Source: Haliotis cracherodii (lineage: Eukaryota). Taken from it: DNA of 64,000 nt. Of this stretch, positions 38,037 through 51,479 are shown piece by piece. The stretch is from assembly GCF_022045235.1 (NCBI RefSeq), contig NW_027266330.1, forward strand, positions 51,646,001 through 51,710,000, read 5' to 3'. Below the pieces are notes generated by a model that worked only from the letters and a program-made list of their open reading frames with translations, searched no databases and had not been told where the DNA came from. How positions within the stretch are numbered: the first letter of the stretch is position 1; each line of letters opens with the position of its first letter. The position numbers and the translations under genes were made by a program.

Positions 38037-39545
38037 CTCTTCAAAAAAAGAAACTTGACAGATGTTCAACCACTTTTTGCCAAATATCTAAAATAATGAC
38101 ATTAAATGAGAACCAAATAAGTCAAACAGAAAGATGATGTGTCTATAATTCGCGAAAACACATGCAAAGCACATAAACGTAGCGTTTGGGGATCAATTTT
38201 ACAGCTTCATCCAAACGCAACCGCCTGTAAAAAAACGTGCAGCACAGGAGCCTGCATTTAAGCATGCAGGCCCCCCTGCTGAATGGGTATAAAAATCCAC
38301 ATCAACGGCTGATCATACAGTCCTTATAACGGCAGTAGAGGCGGTGACAGAATGCCAAGACTGAATGCAGCTCAACGGAACATCGCCATTGGGAGATTAC
38401 AAGCTGGAGCAACTCAGCAAGAAGTGGCCAGGCACTCTGGCGTATCCAGACAGACAATCTCTGCACTGTGGACCCGATACAACAACACCAACAGAATTGA
38501 CGACAGACCAAGGTCAGGAAGACCAAGGGTTACAACCCAAGCACAAGATCGATACATCTGGCTGCGATACCTCCGAGACCGCACTGCCACAGCCACGTCT
38601 ACAACCACACAGGGTACGCAGAATATCAGATCAAACGGTACGCAACAGACTGAGGGAGGCTGGACTTTTTGCACGAAGACCTGGTCGACGTCATGTATTG
38701 ACCCCACGTCATCTGGCGGACCGTCTGCTTTGGTGCCAACAGAGGGTTAGATGGGCACGTGCAAGGTGGACAAAATGTACTGTTTACTGACGAGTCCCGG
38801 TTCCTACTCACACGTGCTGTTGGGCGCGCACGTGTCTACAGACATCGGGGTGAACGTTACGCCCCCAACTGTGTGCAGCAGGTTGTCCCATTTGGCGGCG
38901 GGAGTGTCATGGTATGGGCCGGAATTCATCACGGTGGTAGAACGCCTCTCGTGCATGTGACAGGTGCATTGACAGGTGTGCGTTACAGAGACTTAATCCT
39001 GCAGCCTTACGTTCTTCCTCGCGTCAACGTTCATGGCGGACAGTTCCAGCAGGACAACGCTCGACCGCATATTGCACATGTTTGTCAGGGCTTCTTACGG
39101 CACAACAACATCCAGACATTAGCTTTGGCCAGCCCGGTCACCAGATTTGTCCCCGATTGAGCATCTGTGGGACGAGTTGGATCGACGCGTTCGCAGAAGG
39201 AATCCACCGCCCCAAACACCCCCCGGCGCTTCTTGATGCACTTCAGCATGAATGGCAGCACATCCAACAGCGTGTTATTGACAACTTGATTGCATCTATG
39301 GGTCGTCGGTGTCAAGCGGTGATTGATGCACGTGGTGGGCACAACCGATACTGACATTTTCTGTACCCCTGTGACATTAACTGTATCGTGTACGTGTGTC
39401 TGTCTAGGTGACACGATTAATGTTTTGAACATTGTATACATTGATCTTCAAACAGTGTTTCATTTATGGTTTCTGTGTCCTATTTTGAAACAATCGCATT
39501 ATATTACATTTTGAAAGTCGGTGTCAAGTTTCTTTTTTTGAAGAG
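38037..39545 (+). mobile_element. Full-length Tc1/mariner (DD34E) element with frameshifted transposase (38352-39354), in intron 1 of TNF gene 3
   Basis: 24-bp TIR ctcttcaaaaaaagaaacttgaca / tgtcaagtttctttttttgaagag with flanking TA. MPRL..GRPR, FTDESRF, QQDNARPH, and SPDLSPIE after correcting a 1-nt insertion. Confidence 0.93.
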
Positions 39546-40849
39546 TACATATTCGCGGGGCCTTTGAACAGTGTAAACCGAAACCAAGTACTCCATTTAC
39601 ACAACTCGTGCTTAGATTTCAGTACTCTGATGAAATCATGGTGTAGTTTTAGTGTTTCAGCTTAATACAGGAAATTAGCTCAGCTTATAACAATGTAATG
39701 TAATGACACATGTAAGGCTTATAACAGCTATGAGTAACTTTTTATTTATAGACCCGTTAAGATCTGGAGTAGAATAACCCATGCTTGCCGTAAAGGGCGA
39801 CTATGTTTGTCGTAAGAGGCGGCTAGCGGGATCGGGTGGTCAGGCTCGCTGACTTGATTGATGCATGTCATCGTATCCCAGTTGCGAAGATCGATGCTCA
39901 TGATGTCAATTACTGGATTGTCAGGTCCAGACACGATTATTTACAGATCACCGGCATATAGCAGGAATATTGCTGAGTGCGGCGTTAAACAAACGACAAA
40001 CAAACAAAGTCATGTTGCATAAACGTTTGTGCTTGATAAGTAGAATAGCAGACAGTGTGGTTGCAAACGCGTTACTGACGAAGACGTCACTACTCAAATG
40101 AGTCAGTAAGAGACAGTTAACCCCGACACATCAGTGACATCGTTCTGCATAAGAAATGCAACCCAGCCCTCGCGTCGTACCAAAAGACGTTAAAAGATGG
40201 TACTTGTTGTTACCCTGTCTGGCGCTCGGCATTAAGGGGCTAAAACAAGGACTGGTGGGCTCGGAGTCAGTATGTGTCTGAGTGGGATATTCATGTTAAA
40301 CTGCGGCATGGTATCTCAGTGAGCTAGCACTATAAATCGGCATTAGTCCGGACTAGTACAAGCCCCCCCCCCCCCCCCAACACACACACACACACACACA
40401 CAAACACACACACGTACATGCACGTCGCTATATAAGTGCAATAATCTTGGACGCGACGTTAAACACCATCTCACCTCACCTCACCTAAGGCGCCGCGATT
40501 CGCTGTGCAGAGTTGCGTCCCTTGGGCACGCCAGAAACCTATGATTGGGTTCCAATCCCGGTTCGTCCCGATTATGTTTCTAGGTTTGTCAGCACCATAC
40601 CCGTGCTCGTAAACGTCTGAGACCTGCATCACTTCGGACTTTCCTCCCACATTTAGCTGACACGCCGTGATATAACTGGAATACTGTTAAAAGCGGCGTT
40701 AAACCCAACTCACTCACTCACTCACTCCTCTCACACTATTTCATTGTGGACTGATGACAAGTGGGTTGCCAGACACCTATGAGATTATGTGCATGCCATT
40801 TCCCAATATTTCATCAGTCAGTGTTGTATCAGATTGCCTTTCTATTCAG

Positions 40850-40961
40850 TTCACTGCTCAATCCAACACCTCGTCCAGAGCTCAACAAACGGATGCCGAT
40901 TATGTCTTCAGTCGAAAGACCGGAGCCCATCTGTATCTTAACCGCGATGCATCGAAACGAA
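40850..40961 (+). CDS. TNF ligand gene 3, exon 2 (FTAQSN...TGAHLYLNRDASKR)
   Basis: tttctattcAG acceptor and A|GTAAGT donor; AHLY motif; 112 nt, phase 0-1. Confidence 0.9.
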
Positions 40962-41127
40962 GTAAGTAGACATTTCAATAAAACAATTGGCTAATAAAAC
41001 ACTCACATACACTGTCTTTTCAAGTAAACGTGACGGCACGTTTAGGATCCCAGGATAGAGTAAGTAACCTATGCACCATGATTGTCGTACGCGCCGACAG
41101 GCAGTCACATTGTTACCGCCTCTGTGT

Positions 41128-41365
41128 CTTGCCGTAAAAGGTGACTATGCTTGTCGTAAAAGGCGGCTATGCTTGTCGTAAAAGGCGGCTATGCTTGTCG
41201 TAAAAGGCGACTATGCTTGCCGTTAAAGGCGGCTATGCTTGTCGTAAAAGGCGGCTATGCTTGTCGTAAAAGGCGGCTATGCTTGTCGTAAAAGGCGGCT
41301 ATGCTTGTCGTAAAAGGCGGCTATGCTTGCCGTAAAAGGCGACTATGCTTGTCGTAAAAGGCGAC
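41128..41365 (+). repeat. 22-bp minisatellite (~11 copies) inside a family-D SINE
   Basis: Unit atgcttgtcgtaaaaggcggct, period 22. Confidence 0.95.
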
Positions 41366-41732
41366 GAACAGGATCGGGTGTTCAGGCTCGCTGACTTGGT
41401 TGATGCGTGTTATCGTATCCCAATTGCGTGGATCGATGCTCATAACGTCAATCACTGGACTGTCTGGTCCAGATTCGATTATTTTCAGACCGCCGTCATA
41501 TAGCTTGAATATTGCTGAGTGCGGCGTTAAACAACAAACAAACAAACAAACAAACAAACAACCGTTTCTGTGGTCAAGTGGATAGAGCGTCTGCCCGTAG
41601 AAGGCACCTGTTGTTACCCTGCCTGGTGCTTGGATCTATACACACACTTGGTTTGTATGTTTACACAATAAGACACATATGTATCAGTTAATTACACGCG
41701 GTATGTTTTAAAATTGTGAACATTCTTTTCAG

Positions 41733-42127
41733 GTGGATCGCTAGAATGGACTGATGAATCCAACGATTCCGCCTACGTAAGTAAAAGCGTCATCTGCGAC
41801 AACAAGACCCTCCAAATCAAACGGCGCGGCCTCTATCACATCTACTCCTGCCTCACACTCAAAACCCACGACTGGCACCGTTACCCTGACAAAACCGTTC
41901 ATATTATGACGAGGAGCAACGCAAACCTGCCCACACTCGGCAAGACTACCATTATCATGGCCAAGAAGACCTTACCGGAAGCCAGCGAGAGGTTCGGCAC
42001 GAGTTATCTGTCCGCTACAGTCAGACTGAGGCAGGGCGATCACGTGTCTGTAGCTATCAGCAACATGTCATATGTCTATCAACATCCGCCTTCTAATTTC
42101 TTTGGCTTGTACTACGTAGGGGACTGA
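41733..42127 (+). CDS. TNF ligand gene 3, exon 3 (TNF homology domain); spliced protein 295 aa
   Basis: ttcttttcAG acceptor; LEW...LQIKRRGLYHIYS...LRQGDHVSV...NFFGLY. Confidence 0.92.
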
Positions 42128-42958
42128 TCGCAAACAGTAACATAGTGGTGTACAATTTTGTAGTGTGCTGGTTATTTACACAGAAGAAACTTTCCCGACG
42201 GTTTGTTTGTTTTAACGCCGCACTCAGCAATGTTCCAGCTGTTAGACGGCGGTCTGTAAATAATTAAGTCTGGACCAGACAATCCAGTGATTGACATCAC
42301 GAGCATCGAGCTACGCAATTGAGATACATCGACATGCATCATCCAGGTCAGGGAACCTAACCAGCCGATCCGGTAATCGCCTTTGGCGATGTGCATGAGT
42401 TGATGTAGCTCAATTCTAACCCGGATCTTGACAGGGTCTTGCCATACGGTAATTTCAGAGTTTGCACAAAGATGTAACAATGGGTGACACATATATTGTA
42501 GCAGCACAAGATGAATGAAGTGTCAGATTGCCATTATTGAAACATACACCCTAGATCCGTTACACATTGCAACTAGTGTGTTTCTTTTGTGTTTTGTTCA
42601 ACGCCATAGAAATATTCCCGCTATATATTCAAGTCTCGCCATTGAAATCAAGTGTATTGATTTACGCCATTGGGATCGATGACACACAATCAACCAAGTC
42701 ATAGAGCCTGACCACCCGATCAATGTTTGATTGTTTGTTGTTCAACGCCGCACTAAGTAATATGTCAGCTATATGACGGCGGTCTGTAAATAATTGGACC
42801 AACCAGTGATTCATATCATGAGCATCGATCCACGCAATCGATGACATGCATCAACCAAGTCGGGTGGTCAGACTCGCTGAGTTGGTTGATGCATGTAATT
42901 GTATCCCAATTGCGTGGATCGATGCTCATGATGTCAGTCACTGGATTGTCTGGTCATT

Positions 42959-43200
42959 TGTGGACACAAATACATTGGAGAGTCTTCACGCCCCACAGAC
43001 ACTAGAATAAAAGCACACAAGACCTCTGTGGAAAAAAATCTGACATGAAGATCCTGACAACCATATTCTCCATCCAAGCATCAGTCATTAGAAAGAGAGG
43101 GAAGTTCCAGAAAGCATCGAAAGCCAAAGAAAGAAGCCAGGCATTAACAGAGACCAAAGTATCTACCAACCCAGTGTGTACTCCACTGTGCTATAATCAC
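42959..43200 (+). mobile_element. Penelope-like element fragment (GIY-YIG endonuclease C-terminal half)
   Basis: CGHKYIGESSRPTDTRIKAHK matches the C..YIGET.R....R..EH pattern; a later frame gives ESIE..GINRD. Confidence 0.65.
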
Positions 43201-43312
43201 ATCATCAACCACTATGGATATCTCGGTTGCCTTATTGCTTGTGTCACAACAGCCAACAACTTGTCATATCTACACTTCCAGCGTACCTACATGGATCCTC
43301 TCCTGTTGAATC

Positions 43313-44320
43313 CATTGGCTTTGTCATTATATTGTTATTTTTGTACATAAATCCTATCTATCTCAATGGCTTCGTCATAATATTGCTATCTTTGTACATA
43401 AATCCTATCTATCTAAATGGCTTCGTCATTATATTAACTTTGTACATAAATTCCATCTCATTGGCTTTGTCATTATATTGTTATTTTTGTACATAAATCC
43501 TATCTATCTCAATGGCTTCGTCATAATATTGCTATCTTTGTACATAAATCCTATCTATCTAAATGACTTCGTCATTATATTAACTTTGTACATAAATCCA
43601 ATCTCATTGGCTTTGTCATTATATTGTTATTTTTGTACATAAATCCTATCTATCTCAATGGCTTCGTCATAATATTGCTATCTTTGTACATAAATCCTAT
43701 CTATCTAAATGGCTTCGTCATTATATTAACTTTGTACATAAATTCCATCTCATTGACTCTGTCATTATATTGTTATTTTGTACATAAATCCTATCTATCT
43801 CAATGGCTTCGTCATAATATTGCTATCTTTGTACATAAATCCTATCTATCTAAATGGCTTCGTCATTATATTAACTTTGTACATAAATTCCATCTCATTG
43901 GCTTTGTCATTATATTGTTATTTTTGTACATAAATCCTATCTATCTCAATGGCTTCGTCATAATATTGCTATCTTTGTACATAAATCCTGTCTATCTAAA
44001 TGACTTCGTCATTATATTAACTTTGTACATAAATCCAATCTCATTGGCTTTGTCATTATATTGTTATTTTTGTACATAAATCCTATCTATCTCAATGGCT
44101 TCGTCATAATATTGCTATCTTTGTACATAAATCCTATCTATCTAAATGGCTTCGTCATTATATTAACTTTGTACATAAATTCAATCTCAATGGCTTTGTC
44201 ATTATATTGTTATTTTTGTACATAAATCCTATCTATCTCAATGGCTTCGTCATTATATTAACTTTGTACATAAATCCTATCTCATTGGCTTTGTCATTAT
44301 ATTGTTATTTTTGTACATTA
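43313..44320. repeat. Higher-order minisatellite: three 47-51-bp monomers form a 146-bp unit, ~7 units
   Basis: ttgg(a)ct..gtcattatattg recurs at 43315, 43461, 43607, 43753, 43898 and 44044. Confidence 0.93.
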
Positions 44321-44989
44321 ATCCCACCTAGTGTTGTGTAAACATGATATAATTTATTTACACTATGCGCTTACTCAACATTCACCCGATCATGGTTTTG
44401 ATTTGGTTTGTTGTTTAACGCCGCACTCAGCAATATTCCAGCTATGACGGCGGTCTGTAAATAATCGAGTCTGGACAATCCAGTGATTGATATGATGAGC
44501 ATCGGTCCACGTAATTGGGATACGATGACATGCTTCAACCAGGTCAGCGAGCCTGACCACCTGATCCCGTTAGTCGCCTCTCACGACAAGCATAGTCGCC
44601 TTTTACGGCAAGCATGGGTTGCTGAAGACCTATTCTACCCCGGATCTTCACGGGTACACCCGATGATGGAGCAAGAGGTAGCCATGTAACGTCGTGACAA
44701 GGAATAAAAGAAGTTGCTATACATTTGTAGTGTCATGTACTAGTATTTATATTCATTAGGCTATGGCTGTTGGGGTATCTTAGTGGTTCAGTCGTTCGCT
44801 TGTCACGACTAAACTCCGGTTCAATTCCCCCCCAGGGTACCATGCTTAAAGCCCATTTCATCTGTCCGCCGTCGTGATATTGCTGTAGAATTGCTGCTTA
44901 AAACTACTCACTCCTCACATTAGAATGTGAACAATATTGTAGTCGAGGTGAAAAGGTCCCGTTCAAGATCATTGGACGTAGATAGGGTT

Positions 44990-45420
44990 GTGTGCGTTCG
45001 TGCGTGCGTGCGTGCATGTATGTGTGTGGTGAGTGATTGCGTGGGTGAGTTCGTGCGTGTGTCTGGGTTCGTGTGAGCGAGTTTGTGTGTGCGCGTGTGA
45101 GTGAGTGAGTGGGTGTGTGCGCGTGAGTGAGTGAGAGGGTGCGTGTTTGTCTGTGTGTCTCTCTGTGTGAGCGAGAGATGCGAGCGAGTCGGTGTGGGAC
45201 CGTGTGTTAGTGCGTGGGTTCGTGTTTGTGTGTGTGTGAGAGAGAGAGGGTGAGAGATTGCGTGGGTGAGTTCGTGCGTATGTCTGGGTTCGTATGAGAG
45301 AGTTGTGTGTGCGTGAGTGAGTGAGTGCATGGGTGCGTGTTTGTGTGTGTGTGCGGGGTTGCATGCGTGTTTATGTGTGAGTGAGTACGTGCGTGAGTGC
45401 GTGCGTGCGTGCGTGCGTGT
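44990..45420. repeat. Compound (GT)/(GAGT)/(GCGT) low-complexity block with internal duplication
   Basis: Direct inspection; gattgcgtgggtgagttcgtgcgt occurs twice. Confidence 0.9.
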
Positions 45421-47073
45421 TTGAAATAGTTCTGACTCATGCCGTTTCTGTAGTGCTAGCCCACTGAGATGCAATGGTTTAACATGGATATCAGACACAG
45501 TATACTGATTCCGAGCCGGCCAGTCCTTGTTTTAGCCCTTTAATCTTAAGCGCCAGGCAGGGCAACAACAAGTACCATCTTTTAAAGTCTTTTGCTATGA
45601 CGCGGCCGGGGATCGAAGCCCGCTTCCGCTCTCCGGGCGGACGCTCTACCACCAGACCACGGAGGCGGTCACTATCCACCAAAGTGAACAATTTTGGCTC
45701 GCTGTAGACATTCACTCTTAGAACTTGCAATTTGTTCGCTAGTGCGTGATGTGTGTGAGGACAGCGTCAGTGCTGTTGATAGAGACTTGTCCTCCCAGAT
45801 CCTGCTCATATATGAATTGAAAAGTAATGTCTTTGAACAATTCTATGTTAATGTTTTTCTTACATTTGTGGCGACTAACGGGATCGGGTGGTCTGGCTCG
45901 CTGACTTAGTTGATGCATGTCATCGATCCGAATTGCGTGGATCGATGCTCATGATGTCAATCACTGGATTGTCTGGCCCAGACTCGCTAATTTACAGACC
46001 GCCGTCATATAGCTGGAATATTGCTGAATGCGGCGTTAAACAACAAACCAACCAAATCTTACAATTGCCCCGTCCACCAAGTTTTCACTGTTCACCTTTC
46101 ACTGTTGGATTAAATGTATGCTGTAGATGTGCTGTGTGAAGCCCATTTGTGGTGTCACCCGCTATTGCTGGAATATTGCTGAAAGTGGCGTAAAACATAC
46201 TCACTCGCTCATTCACTCTGATTCCTGCCTCTCGACATTGGATCTGACTGCACACATATGCCGACAACGACTATTTCCATCGTAGCTTGTGTAAAGACAG
46301 TACAACACTCGATTTCCCAAGCTGCGATACAAACAATCCTATATTTAGATAACAGCACTCAGTTTCAAAGTCGCGCTGACTTTCTAATTTGCTATGGATT
46401 TACGCCCCACACACAGAATACAAGGTTACCTAATGTTTGGACGCCCAGTCGTCTTAGGTGCCGCGGTTGGCTGTGCAGAGTTGCACGCCAAATACCTATG
46501 ATTGTGGGTTCGAATCCCGTTCCGCCCCGATTATGTTTCTAGGTTTGTCAGCACCATACCCGTGCTCGTGGGTTTCGCCGAAGTGGTAAACGTCTGAGAC
46601 CTGCATCACTTCGGGCTTTCCTCCCACATCAATCTGACACGCCGTGATATAACTAGAATACTGCTAAAAGCGGCGTTAAACCCAACTCACTCACTCAGAA
46701 GGAAAGTGTGATAGTACAATTACCCATTACTGGTGTGCAACATCACTACCCCCCCACCCCCCCACCCCCCGCCCCGCCGCTGTCAGCGTGAAACTATTTT
46801 CACTCAATACTTTTTCAACTCACTCACTAATGTTGGGAGGAAATGATTCTTTTCAACACGTGGTAAAATCGTATTCAGTGCTACAAACTGTACAGAGTTG
46901 GCGATAGAACGACACCTTTATTGTGTTGTGCACTCTTTGTAACACCCACACTGAGCAAATATGTGAATTCGCATTTTACATGAACTGCAAACTCAGTGAA
47001 CAAAGCACACATTCTGTGTTCATGCTTTATGTGTCAACGGAAATACACATAATATGGTGAGGGTTGTAACATC

Positions 47074-47085
47074 GAAAACGAAACT
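47074..47085 (+). promoter_or_regulatory. Candidate ISRE/IRF site ~350 bp upstream of the TNF gene 4 ATG
   Basis: GAAAACGAAACT matches GAAANNGAAACT; motif match only. Confidence 0.35.
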
Positions 47086-47427
47086 AGACAAAATACTGCT
47101 ACTTTTCGACGTTATATAATGAGAGCTTTGTCGATATTAGGTATTTCGGCTTTTCAAGCCGCAAAAGCCTATATTAGGCTTTTCAAGTCTTCAGTAGAGA
47201 GATGTTTTTGTCAGAACTGACGATCGTTATACTTCAATCCTTAAGCGTATTGTATAAATCGATCATGACGCTAGAACGAAAAAAGAATACTCGGTTTTTC
47301 CACTGAATTCTCGAGGAATTCAACTCGAGACGAAAGGCTAGTTGTGTTGCACACTTCGCATTCCTTAAAGCTAGGGATTGGTAGATTTTAAAACTGGCAA
47401 GAAATCAGATTCAATAGATCAGTCACA

Positions 47428-47784
47428 ATGTCTGCAGCATACAGCATCATAGACGAAGAAGACGGCGTCGTTAAAGAGAAGCACCGTTTGCCATGTGAAC
47501 AGACAACTGCCTGTCTCATAGTGACTCTTTCAATTTTTGTGAATCTGACATTAGGAGTCACTATATTTTTTAGCATTAATCTGGGATATGGTACAGAATT
47601 AGCATCCAGGACATCCCCATCTCGACATATGACTGACAGGTACTCCGTATGCACAGAGTGTCATTACTTTGGACACGCAGAGAAACATCCACGACACGGG
47701 AGACTTGTCCAGAGAGTGGAGACTAACGATGGACAGATTTGCTGCCTTCACCAAGCTGAGAGCCTATGGAGGCTTCTGAACCTG
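47428..47784 (+). CDS. TNF-superfamily ligand gene 4, exon 1 (TM plus CxxC..CC stalk; 119 aa)
   Basis: TM ACLIVTLSIFVNLTLGVTIFFSI; CTG|GTAGGT donor, phase 0. Confidence 0.9.
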
Positions 47785-48344
47785 GTAGGTGCCTTTGGTA
47801 TAAATATAATATGTGACATATCAGTAAAGGCGCTGTCGTGTCACTGCAATGAAGCATTTTTGTTTTTGGTTTGCTGTTTCATGCTGCACTCCAACAATAT
47901 TCTAGCTATATGACGATGGTCTGTAAATAATCAAGTCTGGACCAGACAATCCAGTGATTGACATCATGAACATCGATCCACGCAATGGGTTGGTTTGTTG
48001 TTTAACGACGCACTCAGCAGTATTCCAGCTATTTGACGGCGGTCTGTAAATAATCGAGTCTGGACCACCCAATCCAGTGATTGACATCAGGAGCATTGAT
48101 CCACACAATTGGGATCGATGACATGCATCAACCAAGTCAGCGAGCCTGACCACCCGATCCCGTTAGTCGCCTCTTACGACAAGCATAGTCGCCTTTTACA
48201 GCAAGCATGGGTTGCAATTAGGATACGATGACACGCATATACCAAGTCTGACCACCAAGTGTGATAAATATTAATCACGCGTATGGAATATGTATGTATC
48301 AATATTCAATAAAACAAGACCAACTTCTGAAACGATATTTCCAG

Positions 48345-48438
48345 ATACATATGAAGTCCTTGATGCAGCAACCGACGTCCCCCGGGCAAGTGTCGTTCCC
48401 GCCGCCGTCGGCGCACCTGTATCTTGACACACTACAAG
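48345..48438 (+). CDS. TNF ligand gene 4, exon 2 (IHMKS...PSAHLYLDTLQ)
   Basis: atttccAG acceptor and AAG|GTAATG donor; PSAHL motif; 94 nt, phase 0-1. Confidence 0.88.
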
Positions 48439-49990
48439 GTAATGCATGAATAGCTTCAGTCCGAACAAGCCACATTCAGCTATTTGTAATATGCAATACA
48501 TTGGGGGCGTGGGTTAACCCTGCGTTCAATTAAGAAATGAGTTTCATATGAATTTTCATACTGGAGTATGAACTCTTTAACCGTGCAAGTTAAAGTCATG
48601 TCCATTCCGGAGCTTGCCAACCAACACCATATAAAATTAATTTCTTAAACAAATTCGTACTTTGAAGTTAAAGCGATGCACATTTTACGGTGACGCTCAT
48701 TTTGGGCGATTTACGTTACCGGATACATTAGAATGCAGCTACCCTATTACGGGAATATTCGCCACACTTTCGCAAGACAAAGTAGTTCCAATTCCATAAA
48801 TAAAAAAGACACATTATTGTTAATAGACGAGAGTTACTTTTAGTAATTTTACATCAGAAATAACTTCCTTTTTTCACCCGAGCTTCACCTCAATGAAATT
48901 ACCAAAAATGTTGACGTTGATCTCACAACCGGGGATCGACTTTTTTGCGGGTTTTTTCGAAGGGACATTCGCTGATTCAGGGATCGTACATACATACATG
49001 TGACATGTAAGTAATCAGAAACATTTTGATAATCTACGTATTGTTATTTGTTTTTATGGTTTTCATTGTAACGAAGGGCAATAGTCAGAAATGCCGATAA
49101 ATACCGTTGTCGTTTTGCGTGATATTGCGTGATATTGCGTCAGTCATGGGATCACGAAGGACAGAAACTTTGACAATTTCTGTAGAGTTTACCAAATCAT
49201 TGTTATGAATCTATTCGTAATTTCCTAATTTTTATTGCGATACTCTTCCGATGCATATTCTATAAAATATTGAGCCTTTGTATGCAACGACTAGAAGAAT
49301 ATATCTCTCAAATCAGGGACTCGTGAAGATTCCGGGGTAGAATAGGTCTTCAGCAACCCATTCTTGCCGTAAAAGGTGACTATGCTTGTCGTAAAAAGGC
49401 GACTAACGGGATCGGGTGGTCAGGCTCGCTGACTTGGTTGATACATGTCATCGATCCGAATTGCGTGGGTCGATGCTCATGCTGTCAATCACTGGATTAT
49501 CTGGTCCAGATTCGATTATTTACAGACCGCCGTCATATGGCTGGAATATTGCTGAGTGCGGCGTTAAACAACAAACAAACAAACAAACAAACAGGTGAAA
49601 GTGATACACAGTGTAAAATCTGAATTTTACTTTCTTTACTTTTCAAACAAGTGCAGTTTTTCGAGCACAGCGTTCGTTTTCACGCCTAAGTTATTTCGCT
49701 TATGTTCATATAGACAGTTTATAGACCTATTCGTGACTAAGACCACATATCATTTGACCCTGAGTAAATATCCTATATTTTGATTGAGTTTCAAAATATA
49801 CACTAAATAACGCCGTAATGGTGATTTAGTAAAGTGTCAAAAATGGCGAGATTTCGAAATTCCAAATTTCAGAGGTCATTTTCAGTAATATTGCTTTGCC
49901 GGAAATGACAGTGGATGATATCACGGAACAGGGAACTTTTCACGGAATTGGAAACTGCAGTGTGTTTGTCTGCGTGATGTAATATATATA

Positions 49991-51479
49991 CTCAACAACA
50001 AAAGTTCCTGTGACACCAATGTTTTAGTGTATTTTTCAAACAAGTAAAGTTTTCAATATTGTATTACATGTATGGAATCAAGTCACAAAAACGCAACTGC
50101 TACAGAAAAGCATGCATTCCATGCAAAAGTTGCCTTTTATGCAAGCCCCATGCATTTCACTACCCAAGAATGGGTATATAAACTTGTTCATTAACGGGAT
50201 TCCATATGCATTGTTTAGCATCGTGCTGACAACAACCACTCAGAAGAACAACAAAATTACGAAATTATTCAACATTACGAAATGCCACGCCTGTCCCCAA
50301 ATGGGCGTCTGCGAGCCATTGGTATGCTTGAAGCAGGATCGAGTAACCGTGATGTTGCAAGACAATTAAAGTATAAAGAAACACCATTTGGTGTTTATGG
50401 CAACATTGGCAACAGACGAATGCAGTCAGAGACCATCCTCGGAGTGGCAGGCCATGCGTAACCAATAATCGACAAGACAAATGGATTCGAACAACACACC
50501 TACGAAATCGATTCCAGCCAGCAACAGTGACTGCAAGAAGCATCCCTGGCCTTCGACGAATATCTTCACAAACCGTACGTCGTCGCCTCAGATGTGCAGG
50601 GACTGTCGCCAGAAGACCCGCCAGACGTCCCATTTTGACAGGAAACCACCGTCAGTGGTACAGACAGCGTCTACGCTGGACGGCCATGCAGTGGGGACAA
50701 GTTCTATTCACTGACCAGTCTCGTTTTCACCTCAGCCACGGCGATGGACGGATTGGAGTGTACCGACGTCGAGGTGAACGTTACGTCAATCAGTGTGTCA
50801 TGGAAGAAGATCGGTTCGTGAGCGGCAGCGTTATGGTATGGGGTAGGATAACAGCAAGACAGAGGACCCGTTTAATAGTGGTAGAGGGAAATTTCAATGG
50901 ACAGCGCTACCGCGACGAGATCATCGGCCCTGTTGTTCTACCGTTTTTGCGCCGTCATGACCCAGGCATTACCTTTTAACATGACAACGCCCGGCCTTAT
51001 ATTGCTCGACTTGTTCAGGATTCTCTTTAACAAAACAACGTGAATGTAATCCCCTGGCCGGCTCGCTCCCCTGATCTCTCACCAATCGAGCACATGTGGG
51101 ATGAGATGGATCGGCGTCTTCGACGTCAACCACGTGTTCAGCAGACAATCCAGGAACATCGAAACATGCTCCAGCAGATATAGACAGATATCCCACAGGA
51201 CTTTGTGCGAAGCCTGGTCCATTCCAAGAGACGATGATGTGTTGCTTGCATCGCAACCAGAGGTGGACACACACGCTATTGATTTGTAAATGGACATTTT
51301 GGCATGTTCATGTTTTTGTATGAAATCACGCATTTTCTGAAGTCAGTATGGCAAAGTAAACCATTTGAACACTTACAGGAGTCGTTTATCTGTTGGAAAC
51401 CGAAAATGTTTCAGATTTGGTAAAAAATATAACTTAGCATTAAATCTTATTCAATGTCACAGGAACTTTTGTTGTTCAT
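49991..51479 (+). mobile_element. Second full-length Tc1 element (different family), transposase 50282-51282 with stops and frameshifts, in intron 2 of TNF gene 4
   Basis: TIR core caacaacaaaagttcctgtgaca / tgtcacaggaacttttgttgtt, TA flanks. FTDQSRF, HDNARP, WPARSPDLSPIEHMW, GGHTRY. Confidence 0.9.

Noticed and set aside
43624-44079. 151-aa hydrophobic repeat ORF
   Set aside because: Lies entirely in the 146-bp satellite, whose period is not a multiple of 3.
44920-45498. His/Thr-rich ORFs
   Set aside because: Translation of a (CA)-type compound microsatellite.
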